Assembly: GCA_951406725.2 (NCBI GenBank)
Contig: OX597816.1
Location: 178,746,001-178,810,000, forward strand
Direction of reading: 5' to 3'
Source of the DNA: Octopus vulgaris
Taxonomy: Eukaryota
Length of the DNA stretch: 64,000 bases
Positions 1 to 13,300 of the stretch are shown here, in pieces. Each line of letters opens with the position of its first letter. The first letter of the stretch is position 1. Both the position numbers and the translations under genes were made by a program. Below the pieces are notes generated by a model. The model had not been told where the DNA came from and did no database searches. It worked only from the letters and a program-made list of their open reading frames with translations.

Positions 1-99
1 AATGTTTTCTTGTCACTCAGTGTTAACGTGTTTTCTGCGTGATTACTGAGCCCTGACTGGTTGATGTGCTCTGATTGACTGATCTAATCTCTGATAAGG

Positions 100-812
100 T
101 ATCACAAAAATATCTTGTGAAAACTCGTTCTAGCCGCCAAAAAGTCACCCAGAAAGTCTTCCGAAGCTATCCAAGCCGGTCTACCGCAAGAAGACAAGGT
201 TCCTAACCAAAGGACAATTCGTAGAAAATAATTTGATGCTGGCCTTAAGTCCTACAAACCTTCAAGGAAACCAAGCTTAACCTCGAAAAATATTGCTGAT
301 GGTTTGACATTTTGCCAAAAATATAAAAACTGGTCAGTCGAACAATGGAAACGAGTTAAGTTTTCGGATGAAATGCAGGTGTCACAATTTTATGCTTTTT
401 GCGGACATGAGAGACGACCTTCTAAGCGAAGGGATAACCCTCGCTACATTATCCCAAGTGTTAAAAATGCTCCACAAGTTATGGTGCGGGAGGTATTTGT
501 GCTGGTAGAAGATGAAGGTGTAACTATCAAGGGAACTAATTACTTTGAAATTCTGCAAACGAAAGCCCCGCCATTTATGGAGATGAAGCATTGTTGGGTT
601 ATTCTGAAACAGAAAGTAGCCGCTCGTCATCCAGCATCACTATCGGAGTTGAAAATACCATCAAAGCAGTTTGGACTATGAAGATAACAGCTGATTTGGG
701 CGAAAAATTGTGCTTATCACTGCCCAACAAAATTGACGCCGTGATTCACAACAAAGAACTACGTACAAAATACGGACTCAGTAAAGCACCGTTTGATGCT
801 TGTTTCATTTAA
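100..812 (+). pseudogene. Degenerate Tc1-like DDE transposase remnant
   Basis: Fragmented frames give LKSYKPSRKPSLT, FCQKYKNWSVEQWKRVKFSDE and the C-terminal LSLPNKIDAVIHNKELRTKY, typical of Tc1 transposases; frameshifted with internal deletions. Confidence 0.8.
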
Positions 813-945
813 TATCAAATCAGAATCTTGGAAAGATGTTAATTTCTTACTGATTAAGTAGCATTTTCATCGGAAATATTCGATCTCTTATTTATAAAGA
901 TTAAAACATGTAGTGAGTCATCCATTCTGGCCATGACTGTATATA

Positions 946-965
946 TCTATTATATAAAATCCGTT

Positions 966-1020
<55 letters not shown>

Positions 1021-1534
1021 TTCTAGGATCTCAGAAATCCTCCATTCGATTGTGCTCAAATTTGATATGTAGATATTGACGATATCAGGGTGTGTATTAG
1101 TCTTGAAAAAATTACAAAAATCGATTCCAGGTGAGAATGCGATCGATAAAGCCATGGGAACGTGCATTTGTACGCGCAAGTACATCAGCTGTTGCGATCG
1201 ATACTACGAGTACGCGAGAAAAATGCACGTGAAGTTTGCGCAAAAAAAGCTGGCTGGCTTCAAATAATGCTACAAAATGCAGTATATTTAAGAGACCAAA
1301 AAGTAAGATGCAAAAGAGATATTTTCTTCAAACTTGGCATGACGGAAGGAAAGACTATTTGGTTTCTCAAGAAGTCTTTTTTTTTTTTTTTGCCTTAACT
1401 TCGTTTAACAAAACCAAAAATTTTATTCAAATAAAGGCATGCTTAATTATTTTTTAATGAAAAGAAAACACTGATTGCTTTTTATTCAGCAGATATGATT
1501 CAGCACCGTCCATTGGATGGGGGTGTTTTGCTCG
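946..1534 (+). mobile_element. Non-autonomous Helitron with internal (TG)n
   Basis: A|TC 5' end (TCTATTATATAAAA), internal (TG)n 970-1019, 3' hairpin CCGTCCATTGGATGG followed by CTCG|T (CTAG variant). Confidence 0.6.
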
Positions 1535-1710
1535 TGTGAGTATATATATATATATATATATATATATGTTAGAAGGTTTGGAGATGATGTACAGGTATTT
1601 TATATTAGAAGAAATGAGGTACTCAGAAATTCAGATGGTTTTATATTTACAGATATTTATTTGTATATTACATGTTTTTATATATCATATGACATATATC
1701 ATATATCATA

Positions 1711-1750
1711 TATTAGCGCTTTCGCCCATTCTAGTGGGGTTTTCAAATTG
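1711..1750 (-). ncRNA. Degenerate minimal hammerhead ribozyme motif in a pLTR-like unit
   Basis: Minus strand TTGAAAA-CCCCACTAGAATGGGC-GAAA-GCGC-TA: stem II and palindromic stem III (AGCGCT) present, CUGANGA box mutated; unit flanked by (TA)n. Confidence 0.4.
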
Positions 1751-1845
1751 AACTAAGTTCTTGGGGAAAAATTTGACCATTTTATAGTGTTATTGAGTGT
1801 GTAGTGGTGGGGAGGTATATATACATACGTATATGTACATAAGTC

Positions 1846-1912
<67 letters not shown>

Positions 1913-1915
<3 letters not shown>

Positions 1916-2520
1916 TATGTGGACACAGGACGTCACGAAACGTGTACAACGAAAAAGTACGAAGCACGAGTAGATGGAACATGAACTATTCTTTCGTACA
2001 ACGAAAGACACAAATGGAAAACAAAACAAACAACATAAAGAACGACCCTTCATCAGTTGTTGTCTGTTTATCTAGTCTCGTATTTCGAGCATTTCACAAC
2101 AATATACGCTTTCTATAAAACAGTTGCTCCCGCAAAGCAAATTAAATAAAATTTGGGATTTTGCGGAGGGTCAAAATTGGTAACACCAACAGGGTAGTGA
2201 AGACAAAGAGGGAGGGCTGCTAAGCCTAAACGAGGTTGTGGTGGCGAATGGTTAAATCAAGCTAGGACAGGAGACAAACAAGAATACGTCTTCCTTGTTC
2301 AAGCTATAACGAAGAGAAAGAAAGATGGCCGGTGGTCATGCGGGAGCCACGTGAGCAAAGGAGTAGGGGTGGGGGAGAGAGAGTGACAGAGTAATAGGAT
2401 AGAATGGTGGGAGAAGAGGAGGTAAAAGAATAAGAGAAACGAAAGAGTAAAAAGATCGTATAAAGTGCACATCAGAATTGTTAAGACAAAACTGACTTGG
2501 AAGAGGAAATAAACAGAAAG
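1913..2520 (-). mobile_element. Probable Penelope-like pLTR remnant
   Basis: Abuts (TA)n; minus strand carries GCTCGAAA and CTGATGAAGGG motifs, but no complete HHR can be folded. Confidence 0.35.
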
Positions 2521-3471
2521 AAAATAAAAACAACTTATAGATTTCAGCGGTCCAGCTGAATATAGCATATATAAAGGCAGCTTAGCATTACAAACAGAAT
2601 TTTGGAAGAGATTGATGACGTCAACAAACAGCTGATTAATCAAATCTCTGGTAGAAATGACTATCCAAATGTAAAGACTAATTAAGCAACACGAATGAGA
2701 TTCGGTCAGCAATTGATGGCATCAAGAAATAACTAAACATACTAAGCTTTTGTAGAAATAGGATACACTTTGCTTTTGGCGCATTTTACTTTGATAGACT
2801 ATTACCTATATGGAGATTTGTCTGCTAACTGACAGTGGTCGCATCTCAGCCAAGACCAACTGCTGTATAAATTTACACCATTCAACAACGAACCATGACG
2901 ACAATGCTAAAACCTACAGTACACGGCCACTGATTTTGTTGGGGCTACTGAACCGATTCACGTCATCTTAGACCCCCTCCCCGCCGAACTACCACTACAC
3001 CTATTGCCGATATACTGATGACTACGACCCAAGTACACTACTCAGTTTCCCAACGCATCAAGCGACGTCAACACTGTCGAGATGTCAGTCACCCACCTAT
3101 AAAATAGTGAGAAAGACTTATGCATATTGGAAAGCCAAAGCAAAAAGAAAATAATAACTAAATTAAAAAAACCCGCAGCCAAATTTCTCTCTCAATACAC
3201 GTTCTTCTATCTTCAAACAGAACATACTGAATAATGTAGTCCTGGCCTTCTTCACATTGGAAAACGATTAAGAAACTTCCAGGCACAAATCTGTTCCGTT
3301 ACGGTTGACATGGAATGAAACAGCATACACGGATTTACTAATTACAGGAAATACTAGTGGTGTATCGTTGTTGTTTTTCTAATTATTGTTCCGTAACAGA
3401 GCACCCGACGAGCTTCCAAATACACACACACATATACACATGATTACATGGACACATATACATACTTGCAT

Positions 3472-3511
<40 letters not shown>

Positions 3512-3520
3512 ATATACACA

Positions 3521-3567
<47 letters not shown>

Positions 3568-3631
3568 ATATATATAAAATAGAAGTTGAAAATGCACTGA
3601 GAATAGTTAAAATATTTTTTATTAATATATT

Positions 3632-4345
3632 TGTAACGGTTGAAATTTTATTTGATATCAATATTGATATACGATAGTTAATACACAGCAGGATGGGTGT
3701 AGTCTGTTTGTAGGGATTGGTTCTTCGTTGATAACCATTATGTAAAGATGAAAGAACAGTGACTGAAGTTGTGAAGAAAGTATTTATTTACCATAAATTG
3801 TATATAATATCTTGCCTCGAAGGGCAAGTGATAAAAATCCAACAGCAGGCAAAGTAAAGATAGATGTAGATTTTCCTTGTATGGTTTGTGCTTATGTTCT
3901 CGTCATTGTGTAGTAGTAATTACAGAGAGAAAATGATGTTGTAAGAGAAAATAAATTGAGCTAGTGAAAGTTGTAGAGTCGAGGGAAGAAGTTGGGTCTC
4001 ATAGTTACTGATTGTAAACTTCATTTATCCATCTGACCATTTATCTTTAGTAGTTGCTTGCTTGTGACCATGATTCTAGCGGTCCATTCACTAACTGATG
4101 ATAGCTGACCATTCACTAACTGATTTTTGCTTGGGGGTTCTTGTTTTTATAGCTATCTAGAAGGATAGGCATATCGTTGAGAACAATGAATCTAGTCGGT
4201 GGTTTGTGATATCTTAATTCTAGCTTTTTGGTGAAGTAGAAGAGGTTAGAAGGGTCAAGTGGTGAAGACATTATTTTGCTTAGCATCTAACAAATGTAAA
4301 CTGCTATCAAAGAAAAACTATTGTTTTACCGTGAGAAAAGTTCTG
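3632..4345 (-). mobile_element. Solo-LTR-like repeat, family A (truncated)
   Basis: Reverse complement of 34562-35259 and 43475-45151; terminal TGTAACG (=CGTTACA); other end abuts a SINE fragment. Confidence 0.65.
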
Positions 4346-4470
4346 TTGACTTTGCTTTTCATTTATTCGGTGTCGATAAAATAAGCACCAGCTGAACACT
4401 GGGTTCGATGTAATCGACTTACCTTTCCCCCAAATTTTCAAACCTTGTGCCTATAGTAGAAAGGATTATT
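4345..4470 (+). mobile_element. SINE 3' fragment (family of 48782)
   Basis: GACTTTGCTTTTCAT...GTCGATAAAATAAG...GATGTAATCGACTT matches the 48782-49005 body. Confidence 0.7.
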
Positions 4471-5039
4471 TACTGGTATTGCTCTTGGTTACAATGGGAT
4501 TTAGTTTCCTTAACTTTTATACATTTTCTTCTGTTTTTGCCATAAAAATAATTCTTTCGTTTCATTTGTTGAACAACTGACACACATTATTGAAATGTAG
4601 GTTTCCTTTGATAATGCATATCCTTGTAATATTGTATGCTATCAGTGACAGTATATTTACTTCCTGTTAGTGACTTGGGACAAAGCCAGAAAGCCTTTGT
4701 TCAATATGTGTTGGTATGTGTGAATTAGTGCTAATGTGGGAACAAAATTGTATACTCTCAATTCAACAACAACCACGTGTGACTACAGACATTGTATTCT
4801 TTACAAGTATTGTTTTCTTTCCACCAGGAAAGATTACTTTCACCGTGTGAATATATGAAACGTGTGTGAAACTCAAATCACACGCACCCACTCAAATAAA
4901 TATATAGAAAAAGAAGGATACATCTGCCTGAATGTACATAACCATGATGGACTCTCCCGTCCAAGACGGCGTATGAGTGTTTAGCTTTTGTGGAACGACC
5001 TGCATAAATGTGCCTGAACAGCATGGTGTACCACGCGGC

Positions 5040-5385
5040 AGGTAGCGAAGTTGTCGCAGACCAACGTGCGACGAAGTGTTTTGCTCAAGAACACTCGGAC
5101 TAGGTATTGAAACCACTATCTTGTGATCATGAGTGCAACACCCTAACCTCTAGGTCATGAATCTTTCGTATAAAAATACCAGCAGTCGTCCATGCATACC
5201 AGCCTCCCCTCTCCAAGCCATCGATGTTATCTAAGGGAAAGGCAAAGGGGCCGATACAGCTTGGCACTAGTGACGTCGTAATTCATTTCAACGTGAAATA
5301 AAGTGTCTTGCTCAAGAACACAACACACAGCCCGGTCCAGGAATCGAACTCACTACTCCAAGATTGTGAACCCCACGCACCTAAA
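5040..5385 (-). mobile_element. Two adjacent degenerate tRNA-derived SINE fragments
   Basis: Both contain TTGCTCAAGAACAC and a tRNA-like head; 5180-5380 matches 14690-14930. Confidence 0.7.
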
Positions 5386-5953
5386 CTCAATAAAATCAAC
5401 TCACAAGCTCACTCACTTGTTGATACCTTTCTCACGGTTTAAGTAAGACTTTTATGAAAAAATTACTTTTAAATATGACCCGAAAACATATGAGAATTGT
5501 TTTTATGAGTCATTTTTTATCTATTCTTAATTATATACATGTTATATGCTTTTATTTTCTAACAAATGTTCTATTTCAGCTGTCAGATTTTATCTTTCAG
5601 GAGACCCTTCATTAAAGATGATGTGACTAAATATGGTCATGTAAGCTTTTGTTTTCATTGTAAGAAGTATTAGATAATTCAAACAGAAACAAAATTCGTA
5701 AAAATATTGCTTGGAGGGATTAATGAAAATATATTCAAAGTGAGATATAATTAACTGACTTTAGCTACCTTAATTTTTTAGTACTAAATCATACAGGTGT
5801 GAAGGGACGGTAGCTAGCCTAGCAGACAGATACCAGATATGCAAACGAAATCGTGTATTGCATTCTGTCTGTGGACAAGACATTAAACTCACAACAGTGA
5901 AGTCTCTGCTCGGCACTCTTAAATTCCTGCAACCGATTTGTCAATCTCTAAGT

Positions 5954-6339
5954 TTTTGAAGCACTCCGTCGGTTACGACGACGAGGGTTCCGGTTGATCC
6001 GATCAACGGAACAGCCTGCTCGTGAAATTAACGTGCATGTGGCTGAGCACTCCACAGACACGTGTACCCTTAACGTAGTTCTCGGGGATATTCGGCGTGA
6101 CACAGAGAGTGACAAGGCCGGCCCTTTGAAATACAGGTACAACAGAAACAGGAAGTAAGAGTGAGAGAAAGTTGTGGTGAAAGAGTACAGCAGGGATCAC
6201 CACCATCCCCTGCCGGAGCCTCGTGGAGCTTTAGGTGTTTTCGCTCAATAAACACTCACAACGCCCGGTCTAGGAATCGAAATCGCGATCCTACGACCAC
6301 GAGTCCGCTGCCCTAACCACTGGGCCCTTGCGCCTCCAC
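5954..6339 (-). mobile_element. Full-length tRNA-derived SINE with 12-bp TSD
   Basis: Head GGAGGCGCAAGGGCCCAGTGGTTAGGGC...TTCGATTCC (A/B boxes); TSD CAATCTCTAAGT at 5942-5953 and 6340-6351. Confidence 0.9.
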
Positions 6340-6539
6340 CAATCTCTAAGTAGTTACCTGGACAAAACAGATCACTCACGACAAACAAAACTATCAATGT
6401 ATGCTTTTGATATCTTTAGGACAAGTACGAAAGTCACAGCACCCTATAATCAGCTTGTCACATAATCAGTATTAAAATTGACAAGACAAGTCTCTTAACC
6501 CTTGTGGGGGTGGAGAAAGCCTGGCGGAGCCCATCCTTC

Positions 6540-6695
6540 TCCAGGTTAAACTCATTTCTACAGTTGAGTGAGCTGGTGCAACGTGAAATGAAGTGTTTTG
6601 CTCAAGAACACAATGCATTGCCCGGTCCAGAAATCGAAACCACAATCTTACGATCGTAAGTCCAACACCCTAACCACTGAACTACGCGCCTCCAC
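6540..6695 (-). mobile_element. tRNA-derived SINE 5' part
   Basis: GGAGGCGCGTAGTTCAGTGGTTAGG...GGTTTCGATTTCTGG head followed by GTGTTCTTGAGCAAAACAC. Confidence 0.75.
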
Positions 6696-6699
6696 AAGA

Positions 6700-7800
6700 T
6701 TAATCGAGGTATATTCCAAGGAGACTCCTTGTCTCCATTAATTTTTTGCATAGCACTTCTGTCACATGCATTGAACGATACACAATATGGGTACCAAACA
6801 CACACACCAGAAAACATAGAAAACGCTCTCACAACAAACACAGACATACCGACAATAATACCAACTCTACCAGCTCAACAGTCACCAATACTGCCAGTAT
6901 CACCAATACTGTCACAACCCCCCACCCCTGACCCTCAAAAGAAAGCTCACATAACAACAAAGGTCAAACACACAGACATCAAATTTCATGCCAACGAAGA
7001 ATTGATGGCCTTCATAGCACGAAATAAAGACATTGAGAGAAGGGGTGAAATTTCGAACACCAACCAGAAACTTTAATGTACGTACTCATGCAACTAGAGA
7101 TGCAAAAAAAACATTTGGAAGATTTTCTCCTACGACGTGGGAACCCTAAAGCTAAGGCCACCAGAAGATTTTTAAAGCTGTTCCCAAAAGAACCCCAACC
7201 AGATTCGAAGGCCGGGTCACCCGCCCTCCAACAGCCTGGAGGGTAAGTAACACCTTTACTGTCCCTAAACTCTTTCAGGCCAATATAGTGATTATTAGAG
7301 TAGGCTGTATAAATGTGCGTGATCTGGAGTCGTCCGGGGTGCAAGGTCGCTTGCTCAATGACCTCAGATCCCTAGGTCTGGATGTGCGAGACCAGAGTTT
7401 CTAATACGTGCACACTAACACCCAATTTTGACGACTTTGGGATCTACGCATGTTTGTCTTTACCTGGAAAGGACGACGGGTGACAGTACTGTTTAGGGAA
7501 GGCCTGGATCTCGAGATACGGACGACTTTCCTGGACCCGGATTGTAAGTTGGTGGTCCTGGATATGAGCAATAGCGAAGGTGGTGCTTCTAGATTAGTCA
7601 CTGTGTACGACCCTACAGGGGCAGGACAGCCAAATTTAAAATACGAGGAAATGAAAGCCGTTTGATGGTCCTGGGTGGCGGAGGCGTAACTTGGCGACAA
7701 AGTCACCATTTGGCTTTTAACGGGACGGACATATGCTACTCCCGGGCGTGATGGCATTGTTGAGAAAAGACCCGAACAAGGGGGCCCGAATGGATAATTT
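6700..7800 (+). pseudogene. Tx1/L1-like LINE remnant (probable ORF1 end and start of the APE endonuclease)
   Basis: IIRVGCINVR...GRLLNDLRSLGLDV and DPDCKLVVLDMSNSEGGASRLVTVYDPTG are L1/Tx1 endonuclease motifs; internally deleted. Confidence 0.65.
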
Positions 7801-9100
7801 TAAGCCTGTAACTCTACTAATGATTACAAGAAATTTGGCCAAATTTTGTTTTGTCTATTTCTCTTCTGTTTAGTTTAACTCAATATTTGCCATGAAGGGA
7901 CTTTTTTGCCATCGTTTTATCATGATATGTTTCTGTTCCAGTTTTAATTTAGATTTCATTTGTTTTACAGATGTTGTTGTTTCTTCTTTTGCTTCATAGT
8001 TGTTAGGTACTATGACTTCTTTTTTGTATTTGTCAGTTTCCTTAAAGACTGAAAACAGTTTTTTGTTTTGTTCGTGTTTTGTGGCTCTTTGTATTAGTTT
8101 TCTTTGCTTCTGAAGTAGGTATTTCTGTAGTCCTATGGTGGTTATTTTGTAATAGTTTTCTAGCTGTATAAGGCCTCTACCACCTTCGATACGTTGTATA
8201 TATAGCCTTTCTATGTCAGATTTTGGGTGGTGCATCCTAAATCCTGTCGTTATTTTTTCTTGCTTTCTTGTCTATTTAAATTAGTTCATTTAGAGTTCAG
8301 TTAAGAATATCGTAGCTATAACTTATAGCTGGGACGGCTAGAGTGTTGATACCTAATATCTTGTTTTTCGCATTGAGCTGTTTTCAGTATTAATTTAAGT
8401 CGTCTATTTCATTTGTGTGTGCTTTATCGTATCTAGTTCATTGATTCCTAAGTATTTGTATGTCTGGCTTTGGTCTAGTTCTCTTATTTCATTAGCTTTA
8501 TCTAGTGTGATGTTGCTACTCTTTTCAAGGTTGCTTTGGTACATTTTTCTTAGCCAAATTTCATGTTTATTTCTTTGGTAAATCCATGTACTGTCTGTTG
8601 TAATGTTTCCAGTCGTACGGTTTTAGATCAAGAGATGGCTGATTATTTTGCCGTAACAGTTGTATCCACATCCAGTTCTGTTTAGCATGTCAGATAAAGA
8701 TGTCAGTGCCAAGCAGAAAAGCAATGGAGAGAGCGTCTTCTAATGGGGATGGCTTTGGTTTTTATGAGTCCTTCTTTAGTCTGGAGCTGTAGCACTGTAT
8801 GCTATTTATTCATGGGATGTTTTATATATTTTATGATTATTGGTACTACCTTGTTCATGGCTAGTGTTTCTAAGATCCATGTTTGAGGAATACTCTCAAA
8901 AGCCTTTCGGTAGTCGATCCAAGCCATATTTAGACCCTTCTCCTTTCAGCGGCTGTCTTCACTTATGGTTTTATTGATCAGTAGCTGATCTTTACAGCCG
9001 TATGAGCCCTTGCAGCATGCCTTCTGTTCTTCTGGAAACAGGTTGTTTTCTTCCAGGTGTTTGCCCATTCTCATCGATATTATTGCAGTAAAGGCTTTGT
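7800..9100 (-). pseudogene. R4/Dong-like non-LTR retrotransposon RT remnant
   Basis: PEEQKACCKGSYGCKDQLLINK, AWIDYRKAFESIP, LSPLLFCLAL and HHPKSDIERLYIQRIEGGRGL motifs; many stops and frameshifts. Confidence 0.85.
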
Positions 9101-9327
9101 AAATTGATACGGGAGTTCCGGCGCGCCTGATAGACGATTCTCTCGGCTGCGATCTATATATGCTTTTCTGCACCAAGAGAAATCTTCTCAGACAGTATAA
9201 GAGAAGATTTCTCAAGCCTAGTAACGCAATATTCGGTGTTCTAACAAGACATCCATGTTAATCTGAATATGATGATTACCTTTTGGTATAACAACCCCTC
9301 CCGCCTCCATCGCTAATGATTAATTAA

Positions 9328-9714
9328 TCTATTACAGTAAACGCGAAATTCTGTTTGTCCGCCTGACCGGGGCGCCCTCTATCTCAGTCTCCATTTGCTC
9401 AACATAAACATATTGTACCTTTTTTGGAATCAAGATGATCCCGGGATTGAAAATCTGCCCTTTATTTGCTTCCGGAATATCCATCATTGGAGTCAGGTCT
9501 GGATAAGGATTTGTAATATGCTAACAGTTGAAAAAGAACTTCAAAAATTTGTGAACTTACAAATTTTCAGTTAAATTGAATTTAAAGTAATACAATATTG
9601 GAAGGGTAATAGCATATTGGTAGGGTACCAATAAATGCCTTATTATTATTACTGTCTTTAATTTTGGGCCTCAAGACCAATTAGCCCTCCGCACGAATCG
9701 GGCTTTTAAGCTAG
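9328..9714 (+). mobile_element. Non-autonomous Helitron
   Basis: A|TC start, imperfect 3' hairpin CCGCACGAATCGG, CTAG|T end, no TSD. Confidence 0.65.
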
Positions 9715-9721
9715 TTAATTA

Positions 9722-9779
<58 letters not shown>

Positions 9780-11230
9780 CTTACAGTGTTATTACCATAA
9801 CGAGCCTTCTGCAAACATCGCGATCGTTCGCTTTCCTTTTGGTTCCAATCGAATCGATTACCAGCGCCAACATGTCGTCCTGGAACATATTGCACTACGT
9901 CTTCCTTGGTCTTCGATTCGCTCTTTTTCCTCTCTATCCCGATGATAGCAGCATGTGTTTCCTGCGATAATCGATGCACATGGCCAGCAAACAGTATCCG
10001 CCACTTAGTCACAGCGTCCTACAAAACTCGCCCCACCAGCTCTTCTCATCATCTCTTCGTTTCTCACTCTGGCCTGGTCAGGAGAGGGCTAGGATTGGAT
10101 GTAGGCAACGTCTATAAAACACGTCCAATAATAGCTGTTTATATAACAATAACGTAGCTTTATTTTCTTGCTCGTTATCTTCCGTCTTCATATTGGTCGA
10201 TGGTGTTGGTATACTAACCTTGATCTACCTATCCTGGCTGTGACTTCAACTTCTGTATCACCCTCGTTGAAAAATACATCTTCCCGTATATATAAACTTA
10301 TTGATGTACTCGATCGATTTTTATCTTGTCCAAGATTGTCAAGTTGTGCTTGGGCTCCAGCAGTTGACATGGCTTTGGTCTTTTCAGCGGGAATCAAAAC
10401 AGCATCACTCTCCTTTAATCTATTCACCAGAACACTGCAAAAAAGCTTTACCAGCCATGAATAACAATGTAATACCACGCCAGTGGTTACAATGCGTCAG
10501 ATAATTTTGATGGGTGGAGGGCAGTGGAACCATCATTCCATGCCTCTAATAATTTTCTGGTATACCTTCCCGCTATCAAACAAGATTGAACATCTATATT
10601 AGATATTGTACAACTGCTTCCCCAACATGCTTCAACCGCTCGGTAGGTATCCCATCCATGCCAGCTGCTTTGTTGTTCCTGAAACTATATATTGCCTTGT
10701 CCACTTCTGCTGTTATATCAGCCATCAGTTCAGTTCATTCATGACTGGTTCTTTGTCCATTTCAAACATAATTGCTAGAATCGGACGATTGAGAACTTCA
10801 CGAAAATGTTCTTGGAAGAAGACAGCGAAGATCTCTCAAATGCTGGACGTGTTCTATAGACGTTGCCTACATTCAATCCTGGCCCTCTCCTTACCAGGCC
10901 AGAGTGAGAAACGAAGAGATGATGAGAAGAGCTGGTGTGGCAAGTTTTGTAGGACATTTTTTCCTTCCGTTGTAAACACTTTTCTGTCCTTCACCTTGAA
11001 TGCTAGACTAGAGTTGCTCTTTGCACTTGTTAATTCGCACACTGTCTTGTGTAGAGTTCGCGAGGCGTCTGTCTGCATTTTCTTGAGCTTCCACACCTTC
11101 CTTTTCTAACCACTGCTACTTATCTCTTCTGCACAGTTTCTTCACTTTTCCAGCAATTCTCCGATAGTTTTCATCATAGAGCTTCCACTGAGCAATTACT
11201 CTTGTTTGATCACGTTTGATTTGGCCTGCT
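9780..11230 (-). pseudogene. Rearranged RTE-like LINE fragments
   Basis: RILFAGHVHRL, EVEVTARIGRSR and VRNEEMMRRAG RTE-type motifs; includes an inverted duplicate (10844-10955 vs 10016-10127). Confidence 0.7.
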
Positions 11231-11234
11231 TACA

Positions 11235-11378
11235 ATGTATGTATGTATGTATGTATGTATGTATGTATGTATGTATGTATGTATGTATGTATGTATGTAT
11301 GTATGTATGTATGTATGTATGTATGTTTGTATGTATGTATGTATGTATGTATGTATGTATGTATGTATGTATATGTAT
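11235..11378. repeat. (TATG)n microsatellite
   Basis: Direct observation. Confidence 0.95.
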
Positions 11379-11384
11379 ACGGCT

Positions 11385-12288
11385 TCTATTTTTAATCATT
11401 TAAATTCTTCCTCTGAAGAAGGAGCTGGTTTCTAACTAAAATACAAAGCTCCATCTTTGGGATGTAAACAAGGAAAACATTGTCACATTTTAAATCTGAG
11501 AAAAGTCTTGAATAGTTTTACTGTTCCGCTTACAGATTGTATTCGTATTGTACGAACCAGTTGGTTGATTTCTTTTTCTGAAAATCCAAGCTTATCCAGA
11601 CTTTAGGCACTTACAAAACCAAGTGCTCCAATTATTATTGGTATAAATGTAAATTTGCAACCCGGACATAGAAGCAGAAGGTTTCGAAGCAGCTATCCAT
11701 AGTTATCTTCTTTCTCTTTGATTTTCAAACAGATATCCACATCAGCAAGGCAATTGACCTCTATGACAGTACATACCTTTACTTGTCTGTCCCAAACAAC
11801 AATATTCAGACTGTTATGCTTACACTTGACAAATGTTTTGATGGAAATGTTCCACAAGTAATATTTGATCTGATATTTGTGTATGTATTCAATAACAGGG
11901 GGATTATCAATATTTATTCCAGGACAATCATTTTTTTCCGAAGGACATTGTATATTGTTTTTGCGACAACGTCATGCCGCATAGGGAGGTAGTACCTTAA
12001 TGACATATTTTGGGGCAGCTGCTAATCACGTCTGATATTTTTCACAGAAATATGACATATTCTACATTTATGGTTGCATCTTGGAACTCCAAGGGTTTCA
12101 CTGTCTCTATGATTGATTAGGTATTTAGTAGCATTCTCCTATCCTAGGATTGCAAATGCCTTGCCTTCGAAGTGTTGTGATGTAGCGGTCTCAAGTCCAA
12201 GAGAGGTTTCGCTTTCTATCAATGTTATTGTCTTCTTCAAGTCTTCAGGAAACATACCCATGTATGGTCTTTTTTCTTTACTTATGTT

Positions 12289-12336
<48 letters not shown>

Positions 12337-12575
12337 TTTCGGCATTCTGAACGTATCACCTATAGGTCTTCTTTGGGGTATGCTCGTCCAGCTGATTTGG
12401 ATATTGTTTTCTTTACTTTTCAGCACTAAGCAAATGTATTTATTTTAGCTTCTGTTGTTTAATACGTGCTGTCTAAGAGAGAGACTATGCGACATTCAAA
12501 GGCTGCCTACATTGAATTCAAGCCTCTACCTCCTTTATGGCTTCTTAGGTCCAGTCTGTCAATATCACTATTTTT
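11385..12575 (-). pseudogene. RLE-type (R4/Dong-like) non-LTR element 3' fragment, copy 1
   Basis: YYLPMRHDVVAK, CKHNSLNIVVWDRQ..CTVIEV and FIPIIIGALGFV (RHD and PD-(D/E)xK region) plus 3' UTR ending at (CATA)n. Confidence 0.8.
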
Positions 12576-12619
12576 GTGTATGTATGTATGTATGTATGTA
12601 TGTATGTATGTATGTATGG

Positions 12620-13228
12620 TCTCTTCTGTTTTTAACTATTTCAGTTCTTACTCTGAGGAAGGAGCTGGTTTATAACAAAGACACAAAGCTCCATCTTTGG
12701 AATGTAGATAACGAAAACAATGTCACATTTTAAAATTATGAAAAGTCTTGCATACTTTTATTGTTCTACTAACAGATTGCATTTGCAATGTGCAATTTAG
12801 TTGGTTGATTTCTTTTTCTGAAAACCCAAAATTGTCCAGAATGTCAACTAGGCATTTATTCACAAAACCAAGTCCACTAATTATTATTGGTATAAATATA
12901 AGTTTATAATTTGGTTTTCAAAAAGATATTCAAATCCACAAGACAGCTGACCTTTATGACGGTACATACTTTTTGTCGTCTGTCCCAAACAAATTTATCC
13001 AGCCTGTTATGTTTACACTTGACAGATGTTGATGGTAATGTTCCACCGGTATTCCTTGTGTTGATATGTGAGCATGTATTCTATAACAGGGCTATTCTTT
13101 ATATCTATTCTAGGACGGTCATTTTTTCTGCATGGCATTCTATATTGCTTTTTGCGACAACGACGTGTTGCATAGGGAGGTAGTACACAGGGATGATATT
13201 TCGGAGCAGCTGCAAATCACAAGTACGT
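12620..13228 (-). pseudogene. RLE-type non-LTR element 3' fragment, copy 2
   Basis: Diverged homologue of 11385-12030 (shared AAGGAGCTGGTTT, AAAGCTCCATCTTTGG, GCATAGGGAGGTAGTAC); bounded by (TATG)n on both sides. Confidence 0.8.
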
Positions 13229-13300
13229 TCGTATGTATGTATGTATGTATGTATGTATGTATGTATGTATGTATGTATGTATGTATTTATGTATGTATAC

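Noticed and set aside
6260-6339. tRNA genes (also near 6690, 14004, 14930, 48782 and 62160)
   Set aside because: The tRNA-like A/B boxes are SINE heads continuing into SINE bodies, some with TSDs
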